This document shows, piece by piece, positions 1 to 13,449 of a stretch of DNA of 64,000 nucleotides. Source of the stretch: Cycas panzhihuaensis (lineage: Eukaryota > Plantae > Cycadophyta); assembly GCA_023213395.1 (NCBI GenBank), contig CM041465.1, positions 34,169,741 through 34,233,740 on the forward strand. Direction: 5' to 3'. The notes beneath the pieces were generated by a model, which worked only from the letters and a program-made list of their open reading frames with translations, made no database searches and was not told where the DNA came from. Every line of letters starts with the position of its first letter. Position 1 is the first letter of the stretch. Made by a program: the position numbers and the translations under genes.

Positions 1-1506
1 AATCCTACTAATTACTCTTTGGGTTCTCTCCATGGTGTTTAGGAAATATATGCTACTTTTATTAAGATTTATCTTCTAGTTCATCATAACCCTAAACCTT
101 TCAAGCTTACTTTTTGTGGCTTTAGCTTCCATTATAGAAACCCTCCCTAGTAAGATATTATCATCCACAAAATGGCAATGGACTACATTATCCACCCTCG
201 AGGTAGGTTTTAAACCCATAATCTTACCTACCTTTCTAGCCTCCTCCACAGACCTTCCTATTAACAATGAATAGGTACAGGGCTAAAGGATCCCCTTGCC
301 TTAAGCCTCTAAAGCCTGGATAAAAAACTATCGAGGTGCCATCAACTATCACATAGAACTTTATAATGCAACTGTTTATCCAGTTCCCCCAGTAGTCACC
401 AAAGCTAAACGCTTTGATACAATCCATCAAGCAGTCCTATGACACCCTCTCATAGGCCTTAGAGAGGTCAATTTTAACAATCATCCCATGCTCTTTCTTT
501 TGGGAGGTCAAATGAATTATTTTATGGACCACAATTATATCGTCTAGAATCTATCTACGTTTGACAAAGCTATCCTGACTGCATGATATGATCAGTAGGA
601 GGGTGCTCTTGAGCTTATTAGCTAGAATCTTCGATAAAATTTTATATTTTACATTACAAAGGCTAATAGGTCTATAGTCCTCCATACTTTTTGCATCTCC
701 CTTCATTGGAATCAAGACTAAGAAGGTAGTCTGCCATTCTCCATGAACTTTGTCATTCTTATAAAATTCTATAACAACCTCTAAAAGATTATATTTGATA
801 ATATCCCAATATTCCTGGAAAAAACCAAGGGGGAATCTATCTAGACCAAGAATTTTCTCCCTCTTCATACTAAAGACAACTCTTCTAACCTCTTCTAGTG
901 AGATAGGGGCTTCTAAAACTCTGTTTATCTCTTCTCCTATAATTTTTGGGATTAAATCAAGAACTTCTCTCCTAGCCCCCCTATCCTGACATCCAAGTTC
1001 ATTGAACATATCTTGGAAGTAGTCCATTGCCACTTCCTTTATGCCTTTCTATTCTAAAATTTCCTCACCATCATTATTAATCAATACTTTGATTTGGTTT
1101 TAGGATCTATGTTTTAGTGTGGTCATGTAAACGAATTTTGTATTTTTATCATCCTCGACTAGCCATAGGGCTCTAGATTTTTATTTCCAATGGATTTCCT
1201 CCTTTAAAAGGATTCCTTCTAGCTTATAGAGGAGATCTCTCTCATTTTAGTCTAAGGGCTGAGATCTTCCTTCCTCCTAGATCTTCACCTCCACCTCCTT
1301 GAGCTCCCTCAGGATCTTGCTCTTAATTTAAAAAATATTCCTTTAGGTTCTCTTATTCCAATCTTTAACCTAATGTTTCATCCACTTCAATTTTTTGGAG
1401 AACCTTAACATCGCATATCCTTCCATTAATTTCATCTACCACTCTTTGATTAGCTCTTGAAGGCCTAGGTCCTTAGTCCACATAAGCTCGAAGCAAAATG
1501 GGGCAC
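1..1506 (-). mobile_element. L1-type LINE, ORF2 reverse-transcriptase part (degenerate; runs off the window's left edge)
   Basis: Minus ORFs 551-1033 (YRPISLCNVKYKILSKILANKLK) and 236-430 (GLRQGDPLALYLF) and 76-267 (HFVDD) are plant L1 RT motifs. PFCFELMW linker motif ends at the copia insertion point. Confidence 0.93.
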
Positions 1507-1803
1507 TGAAACGAGTTAATATCATAAGGTCATTACATTAGTTGATTATTTCTAAAAATGGTCTTAAGTAAACTTTAAATTAGATCACTTAAGTAAAATG
1601 CACTTTCATGTGCATTATGTATAATTTCATTTCACTTAACTCTAATGCTCCATCTCTCAACATAAAAGTAAAAGCTCAATGGAGGAGGCTCATTCTTACC
1701 TCTCTATTTTGTGAGAGCTACTCAATTTCTCTCAAGTCTCTCTTGCTCCCATGTTTTCCTTGTATTTAGTGCATGGAGATAAAGGATGGATCCACTCTTT
1801 TCA
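1507..1803 (+). repeat. 5' LTR of the copia element
   Basis: Colinear with 8723-9020. Starts TGAAA, ends TTTCA, followed by the PBS. Confidence 0.93.
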
Positions 1804-2329
1804 TGTGGTGCTAGAGCTTACTTTCTCCATATTCCTCACCTATACTTACAATAGAGCTATCACTTCCTTCTTCCCCATAATCCATGTGGTGAAGGAGATT
1901 ATAAAAGTGGATTTAGAATTATTTTTAAGTTCTTATCATAGCATATTTAATATTGTTTGCTTTCCCTTTCTCTTTTAAAGGTTTGGAAGCATAATACAAG
2001 GAGTTGTACGGATCAAGGATTTCAATCCTTTGGTAGCTATTTATGCTATCTCATTCTTCTTTTCTTTCCCCTATTTTTATCCATTTAATAAGGAGAAATA
2101 TTGTAAAAAAAAAATTAGCTTTTATAAGAATGATTATAAGGGGAGATTCTACCAACTTTTTTTAAAGAATTTAGAGTCATTTAAAATATCCATCATTGTA
2201 TACTCTCACCTTGCCCATATTGGGATCCTGGTGATAAAAAATGATGAAAATTTCATATGGTATCATGTGTTGATGAGATATTAGTAAGCTAAAATTTCTG
2301 AAGAAATAAAATCTACTTATTAAAATCCA

Positions 2330-2663
2330 TAGGTCTACCAAATATTCTACAGAGCTCTAATTAACCTAATTCTAACTGCTAAAGATGAGGTTCTGAGTCT
2401 AGTTTCTAGTACAAAAACTGACACCCAATTTCGTTGTCATATGAGAAAGTTATTGATGTTTTAGTGAATAGTAGTTATTTTTAGTAAAAATTTTAGAAAA
2501 ATATATTCTACCAACTTTGTAGGACTGCCAAAAATTTTACAGAACTCATTTAGACCTAATTCTAGTTCTTGAAGATGAAGCTCTAAGTCTAGTTTGTAGC
2601 ACAAAAACCAGAACTCAATTTTATTATTTTAAGAGAAAGTTATTACTATTTTAGTGAAGAGTA
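2330..2663 (+). repeat. Diverged direct duplication (~145 bp match, ~190 bp period) in the copia 5' leader
   Basis: 2330-2474 and 2520-2663 align (taggtctaccaaa../taggactgccaaa.. through ttttagtgaa). Confidence 0.8.
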
Positions 2664-3534
2664 TTTTTTTTTATATTAAAAAGAAAAAAAAAATCTTCCT
2701 TCTTTTTATAAGGCTTAAAAGCCCATTGTAAAAGTGAGTAAAGAAAACACTTGGATCGAAGTAACATCCATTGTCCTCACTCACTTATTATCATTACATT
2801 TTAACACTCCAAAATCACTTTAAGTAAGCACTCTAAAGACACTCAAAGCAAGCACTCCAAATAAGCACTTTATTTTCAATTATATGTACGTTTGATGCAA
2901 ATTTGATAATCTTTTCACTCTCCCTAAAAGGAACGCATCACGTACATTATTTTTTGCTATATTATACCTATTCACATACTTGCCAAGGTTGAGATACTTT
3001 GGTTGGTAGAATGCCATGCCATAAAGGAGATGTGGGTTTCAAGTTAGAAATGGACTAAACCAGAATATTGGTGAGGTTTGGTTAGCCATATTATCGTGCC
3101 TTAATCAAGGATCATCCTGATAACCAGCCAAAAAAACTAAAACTTTAATACAGTATTAAAATATACCTAATTCAATATTCATCATAGCCATGGGTATGAA
3201 CATACCACTCTTCAGAGGAGGTATATAGTTGCTTATTAATGAACTGGGTGAGGATTGGGAGTACCTGGGCTCCATTGTGACTTAGATTTGATCACCAAAC
3301 ATAATTGTAAGTATCATAGGTGAAGGCCAACTTAATTCTACTAGAAGCCTAGGCATACCTTCAATAACCTCAATTATATATTGGACATAAGTTAGAGGTT
3401 ATTGGGTTGATTATGCACCTTACATTTAAGTTTTAAGTTGTGTACACTCAATGATGCTAGCTTCCACATTGGCTTACAATCTTGTATATTGATCACTTAC
3501 TTATTTGTAAAAAGTAATCCATAGTATAATCACA

Positions 3535-3735
3535 ATCATAGTGATCCTCATATTCCTACTCTATTAGGCCAATATTTACCACAAGTATTGGTGACCAATT
3601 TTCATCATAGTGCTTCTCTTATTCCTATTACATCAAGTTAATATTTGTCACAAGTGTTAGTGGCTAATTTTAATCATAGTGCTTCTCATATTCCTATTAT
3701 ATCAAGTTAATATTTGTCACAAATGTTGGTGACTT
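3535..3735 (+). repeat. 69-bp tandem repeat, ~3 copies, upstream of copia gag
   Basis: Unit ATCATAGTG..TATTCCTA..CACAAGT.TTGGTG starts at 3535, 3604 and 3673. Confidence 0.85.
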
Positions 3736-6700
3736 TTCTCTAAGTTGCTCCCTTTATCTTGGAGAAACCATTCTCACTTCTTCTTCCTTCTATTACACTA
3801 CTTCATTACATCTTCCATTTGTAAATAATGATTGGTCATTTATTACCATCACTTTTATAGTCTCTTGTTCATTTTTTCCCTTCTCAAAAGATGCCATGTC
3901 TTTATAGTTCAAGTAGAATTTGAATTGCATTCTTAAAGGGAACGAAAATTGGGACAAGTAGTTCACTAGTGTTAGAAATTCTACAAAGTATGAAGGTCTT
4001 CAGAGAGATCACTTACAACTTACATCATTTGTTGCTACTGCAACTACTTCTAAAGGAGGTGCTCTAACTGCTCCCATTGAAGTTGTAGCTAAATGCCAAT
4101 GGAAACTTGATGATTATAAAATCCATGTAGGGATACTTCTTATCACTAATTATTCCTTACATGATCTCATTGATGAAGTCGTACATGATATAGTATGGAA
4201 AGTTCTTAAATGCATTACATAGACTTTCTTGATTTAGTCATGTCTCCATATCCTAGATTATAAAATCCTACTGGGAAGTCTTCAATCTAGTGGCATTTTG
4301 AATACCCTAAACTTTGAGGATCTTGTTGACAAGTTTATTGAATTTGATAAGACCTTTGATACCAACTTTGTCACTATATCAGATCTAACCGATGCTACTT
4401 TTGAAGTGGAATAAGATCTTTTTTATACCAAAAATCAAGGTCAATACTCTCATAGAGGTGGTAATTCCCATGGAAGAGGCAGGGGTAAACAACAAGGATA
4501 ATGTCCTCTTAGTCAACAAGCTCTTTAACTCCAATAAAAATAGTCTCAAGGCCAAGGCTAAAATAATTAACCTAGAACTAGATCTAGCAATCAAAGATAA
4601 TCTAACCAACCCAATACTTCTTATGGGATTGGAAATCAATTAATTATGTGCCAAAGGTATCATAGAAAATGACACTATGCCAAAAATTATAAAACTACCA
4701 CTAACAAACTACCAAGCTATCAACAACACCATGGTGCACATAATATTGATAATACTTCTTTTAAAAATGCTTTTGGTGGAACACAGTTTGCTCATGTACA
4801 CCTTCAAAGAATTGGGACCACTTCATTAAATATTATTGATAGATCTGCTAAGTATATTGAGGCTCATTGTGGTTATGCTTATTCACTTTTGCCTTTACCA
4901 CTTGGAGTTTCAAATAGTGCCACCTCAAATACTTCATCTTGGATCATGGATATTGGAGCAACACAATATATGACTTGTCATCACTAGTTCTTTTAGGATT
5001 TTGACCCTAACGTTCATGGTGCTATATGCATGGCTGATAAATTATCTCAACCAGTTAAAGGATTTTGAACCATTTACTTGAAACTCCTAGGCCTTCTAGA
5101 TTTTACCCTTATTGATGTTTTATATATTCCTACTCTAAAGTAGAACCTGCTCTCCCTATCCACCTTTGTCTCTTGTAGATTTGATTTGAGTGTAACTACA
5201 AATAATAAAACTCTCTGTGTCATTCACCCTCCTTCAAATGTTGTGGTTATGATCAGAATTCTTGGTGGCAAACCTTTTCGCCTAACTAGCTCACCATCTT
5301 CTGAAGCTAACTATGTTGATGATGACTCTACTTTTACCACAACCTTGACTCATTAAAATTTATCCCAACTAACCCTATGGTATGCTCATATGGGCTATAT
5401 CAAAATTGATTGTTTAAGAGAACTATATACCACTCTTCCTGGTATGCCTAGGCTCTCCTCTAAGCCCTTCAAGTGCGAAGCATGTATTATTGTTAAATCT
5501 CAAAGATAACCTTTTCCTCATAGTTAGTGGAAATATAGGCAACCTTTGCAGCTTGTACACTCAAATATATGTGGTCCTATGCCCATCCCTTCTCTCAAAT
5601 AGAAGTGGTACTATATTACTTTTATTGATGATTTTACCAAGAAAGTATAGTTTGCTTTTCTTGTAAAGAAAGATGAAGCCTTTTCTATGTTTTAAGGCCT
5701 ACGTGGAAAATGAATTTGGATTTAAGATCAAAATACTCAGGATTGACAATGGTGGTGGGTACACCTCTAATGAGTTTAAATCGTACCTATATCACCATGG
5801 GATTAAATATCAGACCATTATTGCAAGTACACCCCAACAAAATAGAGTTGCGAAGCGTATGAACAAGACCATCACGAACATAGCTTATGTTATGCTGGTA
5901 TATAAGAATGTACCTATCTGTCTTAGGCTAAGGCTATATGGATTGCCATATATTGCATTAACACTATTAGTCCCTCCAAGCCTGACCCCTCTCTACATGA
6001 AATGTGGTATGGACAAACCCCCTCTATCTCCCACTTCAGAATTTTTTGCTCTACTTGTTATACTCACATTCTAGAGGAACACAAAAACAAGCTCTAAGAT
6101 AGAGCCCTTAAAAGCATCTTTATCAGATACCCTATGGACAAAAAAGGGTACAAGCTTTTTTACCTTCACAATGTAAAATCATCATCACTAGAGATGTTAT
6201 CTTTACAGAGACTGAAGATCAATTACTCAAACTTAACTCTAAGATACCTTTATATTAATTTAATGATGCTACTGAATTTGATGTCCAAATTCTAAAATTT
6301 AAGAGGGGAGATGCTCAACAATTGCTCAAAATCTTAGAATCTGATAATAGAGCCCCAGAGGATATAAGCTATCACTCTCATCTAATATGTACATATCTAG
6401 CACCATCATTTGAGAACAACCAAGTTGACAAAGGCAAAGCCATAGCAGAAGGACCACCTTCTCTAACATCAGTGATTGGCCCATCTTCTCCAATATTGTC
6501 ACTTCCTCCATACCAAACATTTCACATGATCCTTTTTAGGATCAAAATGAATACCAAGAGGCTATAGAAATAAAAACCTCATTTCTAATGTGAGGTTTTC
6601 GTGAAGCCTACCAGCTATAGAAGGATATGCGACCAGATGACATAGGCAAAACTAGAACTAGAAGTGCCCATAGAGCACGGATGTATGAATCACTTTCTGT

Positions 6701-8722
6701 TGAGCTTGAACCAGTAGAACTATACCTTACTCTCAATAAAGAACCCCTAATGTACCAAGAAGCTGTAAAGAATACAACTTGAAGAAATGCCATGAATAAA
6801 GAGTACCAATCTCTTATCAAGAACGGTACATGGGAGCTTGTTGATACAACACTTAGAAGAAAGGTAGTTCAAAAGAAATGGATGTTCAAAAATAAGTACA
6901 GATCAGATAGTACCCTAAAAAAACATAAGACAAGGTTGGTAGCAAAAGGATTCATGCATAGGGAAAGCATCAACTACACAGAAATCTTTGCTCCTACAAC
7001 CAAGTGGCCTACAAATATAACTCTTATAGCCTTGATTACTAAACAAGGTCAGAAAATCCACCAACTCAATGTTAAGACCATATTTCTCAATGGATACCTT
7101 AAAGAAGAAATTTACATAGCTCATCCAAAAGGATATGAGATTACCGATCAAGAGCATGAGGTTTGTAGACTCAAAAAGTCCTTGTATGGCCTAAGACAAG
7201 CCCCTCGTGCTTGGTTTACCAAGTTATCTAAAAGAATGAGGTAACTTAGATATGAGGCTCGTGAGTATCAAGAAATTAATATAACACTATTCATCGAGTG
7301 CCAAAATGATAAAGTCACTTATCTCTTAATCTTTATGATTGATATGCTAATAATAGGGAATAATGAATTGGTAATCAACTAGTTGAAGACGGACCTTGTT
7401 AAAACTTTTAAATTATCTGACCTTAGGTTGATGAAATATTACTTAGGAATTGAAGTAACTCAAAAGAATGGTAACATCTTTCTCTCCTAAAAAAAATATA
7501 TCAATGGTCTTATGACAAAGTTTCAGTTGGAAGATGCTCGACCAGTGGCTACACCTATGGAACCTAATATTAAACTCTCAAGTGATGGTGATACTAGGGA
7601 GGTAGACACAACACTCTATAAGTAACTTGTAGGTAGTCTCATCTATACTACCAACATAAGACTAGATATTGCACACTCTATCGGTATTCTTACAAGATTC
7701 ATGACAAATCCTAAGCAAAATCATTGGCAAGTTATAATATGAGTGTTGAGGTACTTAAAGATGACTAGTAAATATGGTCTGTTATATGAACCTAATGTAG
7801 AATTTAAACTTTATGCATACATAGACTCAGACTTTGCTGAAGATAAAGACATGGGAAGATCTACATCTAGGTATGTAACATTTTTTGGAATAACACCAAT
7901 ATCATGGAGATCCAGACAGTAGAAGATAGTTGCAGATTCAATTACCGAAGCTGAATATATTACTACTTCTGAGATAAGCAAGGAGGTGATATGGCTTAGA
8001 AAATTATTGAATACATTAAATGCCACCCAAACAAGGTCTACTAGATTACATATAGATAATCAATCTATAATCTAAATGGCTAAAAATCCTATATTTCACT
8101 ATCATACCAAATATATAAATACAAAAATTCATAGGATTAGAGAACTAATTCATGATGGCATAATTCAACTGGAGTACTATCCCACAATTGATCAAGTGGC
8201 TGATATCTTCACTAAACCACTGAAGAGGGTAAAGTTTGAACAGTTCCAAAGGCAACTCAGCCTTAGGGCCTCCATCTCTGATTGATTGAAGGAGATGACA
8301 ATAGGACCATCATACTCTATCTCATTCATGAAAATCCCTTATGGGCATGGAAGGACAAGAGTAAGTCCATGCTCTATCCCATTTGTGAAAATCCCTTGTG
8401 TGCATGAAAGGATAAGGATTACATCATTTTGGAAAATCAGAACCTATAAAACCTAAAAGGGCATGGGGGATGACCAAATGGTATATGGAGACTCATTAGA
8501 TTTTAGCTATAAAATTTATTGTACTAATTGGCTATCTGACTTCATTTAAAGAGCCACCTAACCTAAGTCAGGTTAGTAGATTAGAAAATCTGTGAGTTTT
8601 CTTCCCCATGAGGGTTTCATACAAAAGTGTCATAGTAGTTTGTTTTATAAGAGGCTCAAATGAAGACCTCATAGGATAGAATAAAATAGGATGAAATGAC
8701 ATTCTACTATTAAGGGAGAGAT

Positions 8723-9020
8723 TGAAATGAGTTAATGTCACAAGGTCATTACATTAGTTGATTATTTCTAAAATGGGTCTTAAGTGAACTTTACATTAGA
8801 TCACTTAAGTGAAATGCACTTTCATGTACATTATATATAATTTTATTTCACCTAACTGTAATGCTCCCTCTCTCAATATAAAAGTAAAAGCTTAATGGAG
8901 GAGGCTCATTCTTACATCCGCATTTTGTGAGAGCTACTCTCTTTCTCTCAATTCTCTCTTATTCCCCTATTTGTCTTTGTATTTAATGCATGGAGATGAA
9001 GAATAGATCCACTCTTTTCA
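8723..9020 (+). repeat. 3' LTR of the copia element
   Basis: Preceded by the PPT. Matches 1507-1803. Confidence 0.93.
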
Positions 9021-11690
9021 AGTACCCATATAACTCTTATTATTAGCAAATCTTAGCACCAATGGGAAATGATTTGAAACCGTCTTTAGCATGGCTTCTA
9101 AGGATATTTTACTATACTGATTAGCCCAAGCATAGTTCATTAAGATTCTGTCTAATTTGACCTGAATATGATTGGTTCCCAACCTTCTATTAGACTAAGT
9201 AAACTTTGTGCTCGTAAGGTGGACATCCATCATACCTCCCTTCTACATGAATTCCCCTAGGTCCTCCATGCTCTTTGTCCAACTTCCCTGATTGTATTTC
9301 TTTTCTTTAAGGAACAAGGCTATATTGAAATCCCCAACTATCAACCAAGGATCCCTCCAGTCTTTATAGGCATCCAACATCTTGTCCCACAAACATTTCT
9401 TCTCTTTCTACATGAGGGAGGCATAGACATTCAAGACTAGCCATTTAATGTTTGATTTCCTATAAGTCATCCAATAGGAAATGAAGTGGTCCTTGATAAG
9501 GCATGCCTCTCCCTCCTAACCTTTGGGGTTCCACATGATGGTGAAGCCACCTGAATCCCTATGTCCATCCTTAGTAATCAAATCTACTCCTTTCTAAATT
9601 CTATTCCCATTAGCTACTTCTAGCTTTGTTTCATGGAGAAGGAGAATATCCAGCTCTAGGTGAGCTCAAAAATCGCTAACCATTCTATATTTCAATGGGC
9701 CATTTATACTCTAAGTTTTCCAGGAGGACCTCATCATTTACCTTTTGTTCTGGGGACTAAACCTCCTCCATCCCTACAGGTTTTTTGGCTCCCTTGGTTA
9801 ATTTGTGAGGCTACCTCACTTTCTCATAATAGCCTCATAGGGGGCCTTCTGACCCGTCTTTCACTCCCAAAATCTAGACCCTTGGCTTGATCTGGGTCCT
9901 TGTACTCCTCTTGAGTTCCTTTGTCTTTGATTTTCCATATCCTCTCAGGTCTTGCTTGCTTCTCTTACCTGTCTTCATGGACTAGGCCTTCATTATGAAG
10001 GGTGGCCTCCTCCCTTAATAGGGTCTTCTCATCTTTGTTAGTTATCTCTGTCTCTTCTATGTAAATATGGTTATGAGTTGGGATTGGAGTCATCCTAACT
10101 TTCTCTTTATCTTCTTCTTCCCTAGCTTCGAGGAGGGTATCTTCCTCATCTAGGTTTAGCTCCTTTCTAGCTTCTAGAAGGTCTTCTTCTAATCTCTTCC
10201 CATCATCAGGAGCATCTGGGTGTCCACCTTATTTGTCATTGTCCTCACCCTTGTCTTCCTAAGGGATTTCCTTAATCTCTTTCTTTTGTTCTCCTAGGTA
10301 CTTTTAAGAAAAATGGCCTAGGCACTTGCATTTTAAACATCTTATGTTATCAAGTTCATATACTAGTTTCTGCTCCCTGCTTCATCCTTCACCATCTATT
10401 TTCACTTATTCAGGGAGAGGTCTATCCATCCTGGCCAGAGCATATAATCTAGCATTCATAACCCTACTTATATTTCCAGTGGATGAGTCCACTACTAATA
10501 AAGGGCCTATAGCCTTTGCTATCCCCTTGATAATGTCCATATCCCAAGCCTGTAATGGTAGACTTGGAAGCTGGACCTAAAGAGGGACTTGTTTAATATA
10601 TCCCTCATCTGGATCAAAGTCTGGATGCCACTTCTCTAAGAGGATACCTTTCCTCGTGATTATCTAAGGCACCTTAAGTAAGACATTTATTATATCTTCT
10701 TGGCATGTAAATTTAAAGAGCACACAACCCTTTGGGAGTGTTCCTACCTCCACTAACCCTTTTAGTCTCCATCTTAGCCCCACCTATTTCCTAATAAGGT
10801 CTACTCCATGTTTAGGACCTAAGAAGCACCCTACTAACTAGTTCTCTAAATATTTCTCTATATGGTTAGATATTCTCTTAAGAATAGGGATCCTGATGGA
10901 ATTATCCTTTATTATAGGGTTTATATTAATTGGTTCCTCTACTTTATTCCTCAAGGCTTCTAGGTATGATTTCCCTTGATTTGGAATTTGGTTTGGAATT
11001 TAGGAATGTATGTGGGTCTGATCTAGTTTCAAATCCTCATTATTTTCCATATTTGTTAAAGCTTTCTGTATTGGTCTAATTTATAATGCTTCAAATAGAG
11101 CTTTATTATATAGCTGAGATAAAAAAATTACTTACCCAGCATTGCAAGGGTTTTTGTCTTGGCCACTTCGATTTTGAAGGGGAAAATAGAGGCTTGTCTT
11201 CCAACTCTGCCTCCAACGTATACATGTCCTGAATGTTAGGCCTTGTCATTAATTCTTCTCTCTTCTGAAGTTGGGCTAGAACTCCATCTGTCTTTTGTTC
11301 TGGTAGCCACTCATCTAAACACAAAACCCTCTATCCTAGCTCATGCCCTTCTCCTAGGGCAGTCACCCTCCATTCTAAGGAAATGGCTTCCATACTACTT
11401 TGTCTATCTGGTTTTGAAGTCACTAGTCTAAACATGCCCTCCACCTTGGCTTCTGAATAGTACCACTATCTCAAAACCTAATCTGGAGGTGGGAGACAAA
11501 TATTATCATGCAAGCCCATTCGTCTCACTTGTCCAGCCTCCCAACGATCAAGAATGGGGATGATACATCCCCTCCATAACCTTCTGGGTCTGATTCCTCT
11601 CTTGGTGATCTCTTGCAGGAACCCTAAGTCGAAGAAGAGTGTGTTAAATCGCAAGCCCTAGCTAACCAGTTGTTGCCTCGCGTAGTTGCT
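9021..11690 (-). mobile_element. Same L1 LINE, 5' part: ORF1 (DUF4283/zf-CCHC type) and ORF2 APE endonuclease, degenerate
   Basis: Minus-strand translation gives VSNHFP (SDH motif, ~9065), IVGDFNI, LLLHETK, and ORF1 motifs VQLPSLP (~10570) and CLKCKCLGH (~10320-10340). The 5' boundary is approximate. Confidence 0.88.
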
Positions 11691-11699
11691 TAATCCAAT

Positions 11700-12393
11700 A
11701 TAATAAGAAAAAAAGAATAACTATAATGAGAATTGAAGATTTGTTTGATCAAATGAAAGAAACCAAATACTTTTCTAAAATCAATTTAAAGTTAAGTTAT
11801 TACCAAATCTGAATCAAGGATGATGATATATTCAAGATAGTTATTCAAATAAGGCATCCTAACTATGAATTCATAGTGATGTCATTTGGCTTGACTAGTC
11901 ATCTAGTAATTTTTATATCTAATGAATAATATATTTAGAAAGTATCTAAACACACTTATTATAGTTTTGATAGATGACATCATGATTTATTTAAAGACTA
12001 AGGAAGAGAATAAGGAACACTTGAAGATCATATTATAGCTTTTAACAAAACACTATCTTTATGTAAAGTTAAGTAAACTTGACTTCTAAAAATAACAGGT
12101 ATATTAATTAAGCCATGTCATTTTAGAAGAGGGGATTTTCATCTATCCTCAAAAGATTCTTATAATCCTTGAGTTGCTATCACTAAGGAATATAATTAAG
12201 GTGAGAAGCTTTATGGACCTAGTAGGTTATTATCATAGGTATATGGAAGGATTCTCAAAGATAGAATGCTCTATCACTCCATTACATAGAAAATGGGTGA
12301 AATTTAAATGGACTACTAAATGTGAAGTAATATTCCAATTATTTAAAAAATTACTTACCACTACCCCATACGTAGCATTTGATTCAAATGCAT
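11700..12393 (+). mobile_element. Chromoviral Ty3/gypsy (Tekay/Del-like) RT fragment
   Basis: RIEDLFDQMKETKYFSKINL.., VLIDDIMIY, VRSFMDLVGYYHRYMEGFSKI. Interrupted by E1 at 12394. Confidence 0.88.
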
Positions 12394-13309
12394 TGTGTGT
12401 CATGCGCCTATCTATTATGTCATTACTCTTAATGAAGTATGTAAGCACAAGGGACAACTAATATGATGCAAAATATAATATCATTACAATAGGGAACTGC
12501 GCCTAGTCCTCTCACAACCAGACGCAAACCCAGTAGTATACTAAGAATTGACAGTTAAACTGACTTACACTGAGATTAGAATTATATGATGAGAGGTATC
12601 TTGGATAACTACCTACTACTATATACAATACCATACATCTTATTCTTTCCCTTAAATAACACTATTCCCAATGATCTTAACTATAATAAGTTATAACGAG
12701 TACAACAGTTAATTCTTGTGTGTTCAAAAACATAATTTGTTTATAATAATATTCTTTGTAGGTTGTGATCTGTTCGTAACTCTGAATTAAATCATGATCT
12801 ACTTGTGATCTTGACTTTAACTACGATCTGCTTGCAATCATGACCCCAACCACGATCTACTTGCAATCTTGTCCCATACTACGATCTACTTATAATCTCA
12901 TCTCAAACCATGATCTGCTCGTAATCTTGCCCTGAACCATGATCTGATTGTGATCTCAGCCCAAACCATGATCTGCTCATGATCTTGTCCTGAACCATAA
13001 TCTACTCATAATCTCATCCTGAACCACGATCTATTTGTAATCTCATCCCAAACCACGATCTGCTTGTTATATCTGCCCAAATCGCAATCTACTTGTAATG
13101 TTTACCTAAATCACAATCTACATATAATGTTTGCCTGAATCGTTATTTACTCACAATGCTGACCAAAACTGTAATTTGCTTACAATCCAACCGAACTACA
13201 ATATGCTCGTAATCTGACTGGATTGTAATATGCTCATTGTCCTGACTATTCACTACAATCTAATCGTAAAAGTCTTTACAAAATTATGTGTTCCTTTTAC
13301 CTCAACACA
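12394..13309 (-). repeat. 3' LTR of E1, with a 29-bp tandem repeat (~12770-13260)
   Basis: Aligns with 21577-22384. Unit ~ACCACGATCTGCTCGTGATCTCGTCCCAA. Confidence 0.92.
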
Positions 13310-13449
13310 TCTCCCCCATCAAAATTCCAATAAGTATCCTCACTTATTTTTGAAAAAATTTTCCATTCCTTCCCTTCCTTTCAAAAAAGGTAATTAATAA
13401 TTACTTACACATCATTTAATTCTCTACACAACTGATTCATTGCTTGATG

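Larger units (their letters stand above)
1507..9020 (+). mobile_element. Full-length degenerate Ty1/copia LTR retrotransposon inserted in the LINE
   Basis: LTR pair 1507-1803 / 8723-9020 (TG...CA). Decayed PBS TGGTGCTAGAGC at 1806. PPT AAGGGAGAGA before 8723. Flanks GGCAC/AGTAC differ by two transitions. Order: protease (WIMDIGATQYMT ~4940), integrase (LRIDNGGGY..TPQQNRVAKR 5673-6074), RT (6792-7244, LKKSLYGLRQAPRAW), RNase H (QVADIFTKPL 8076-8285). Confidence 0.95.
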
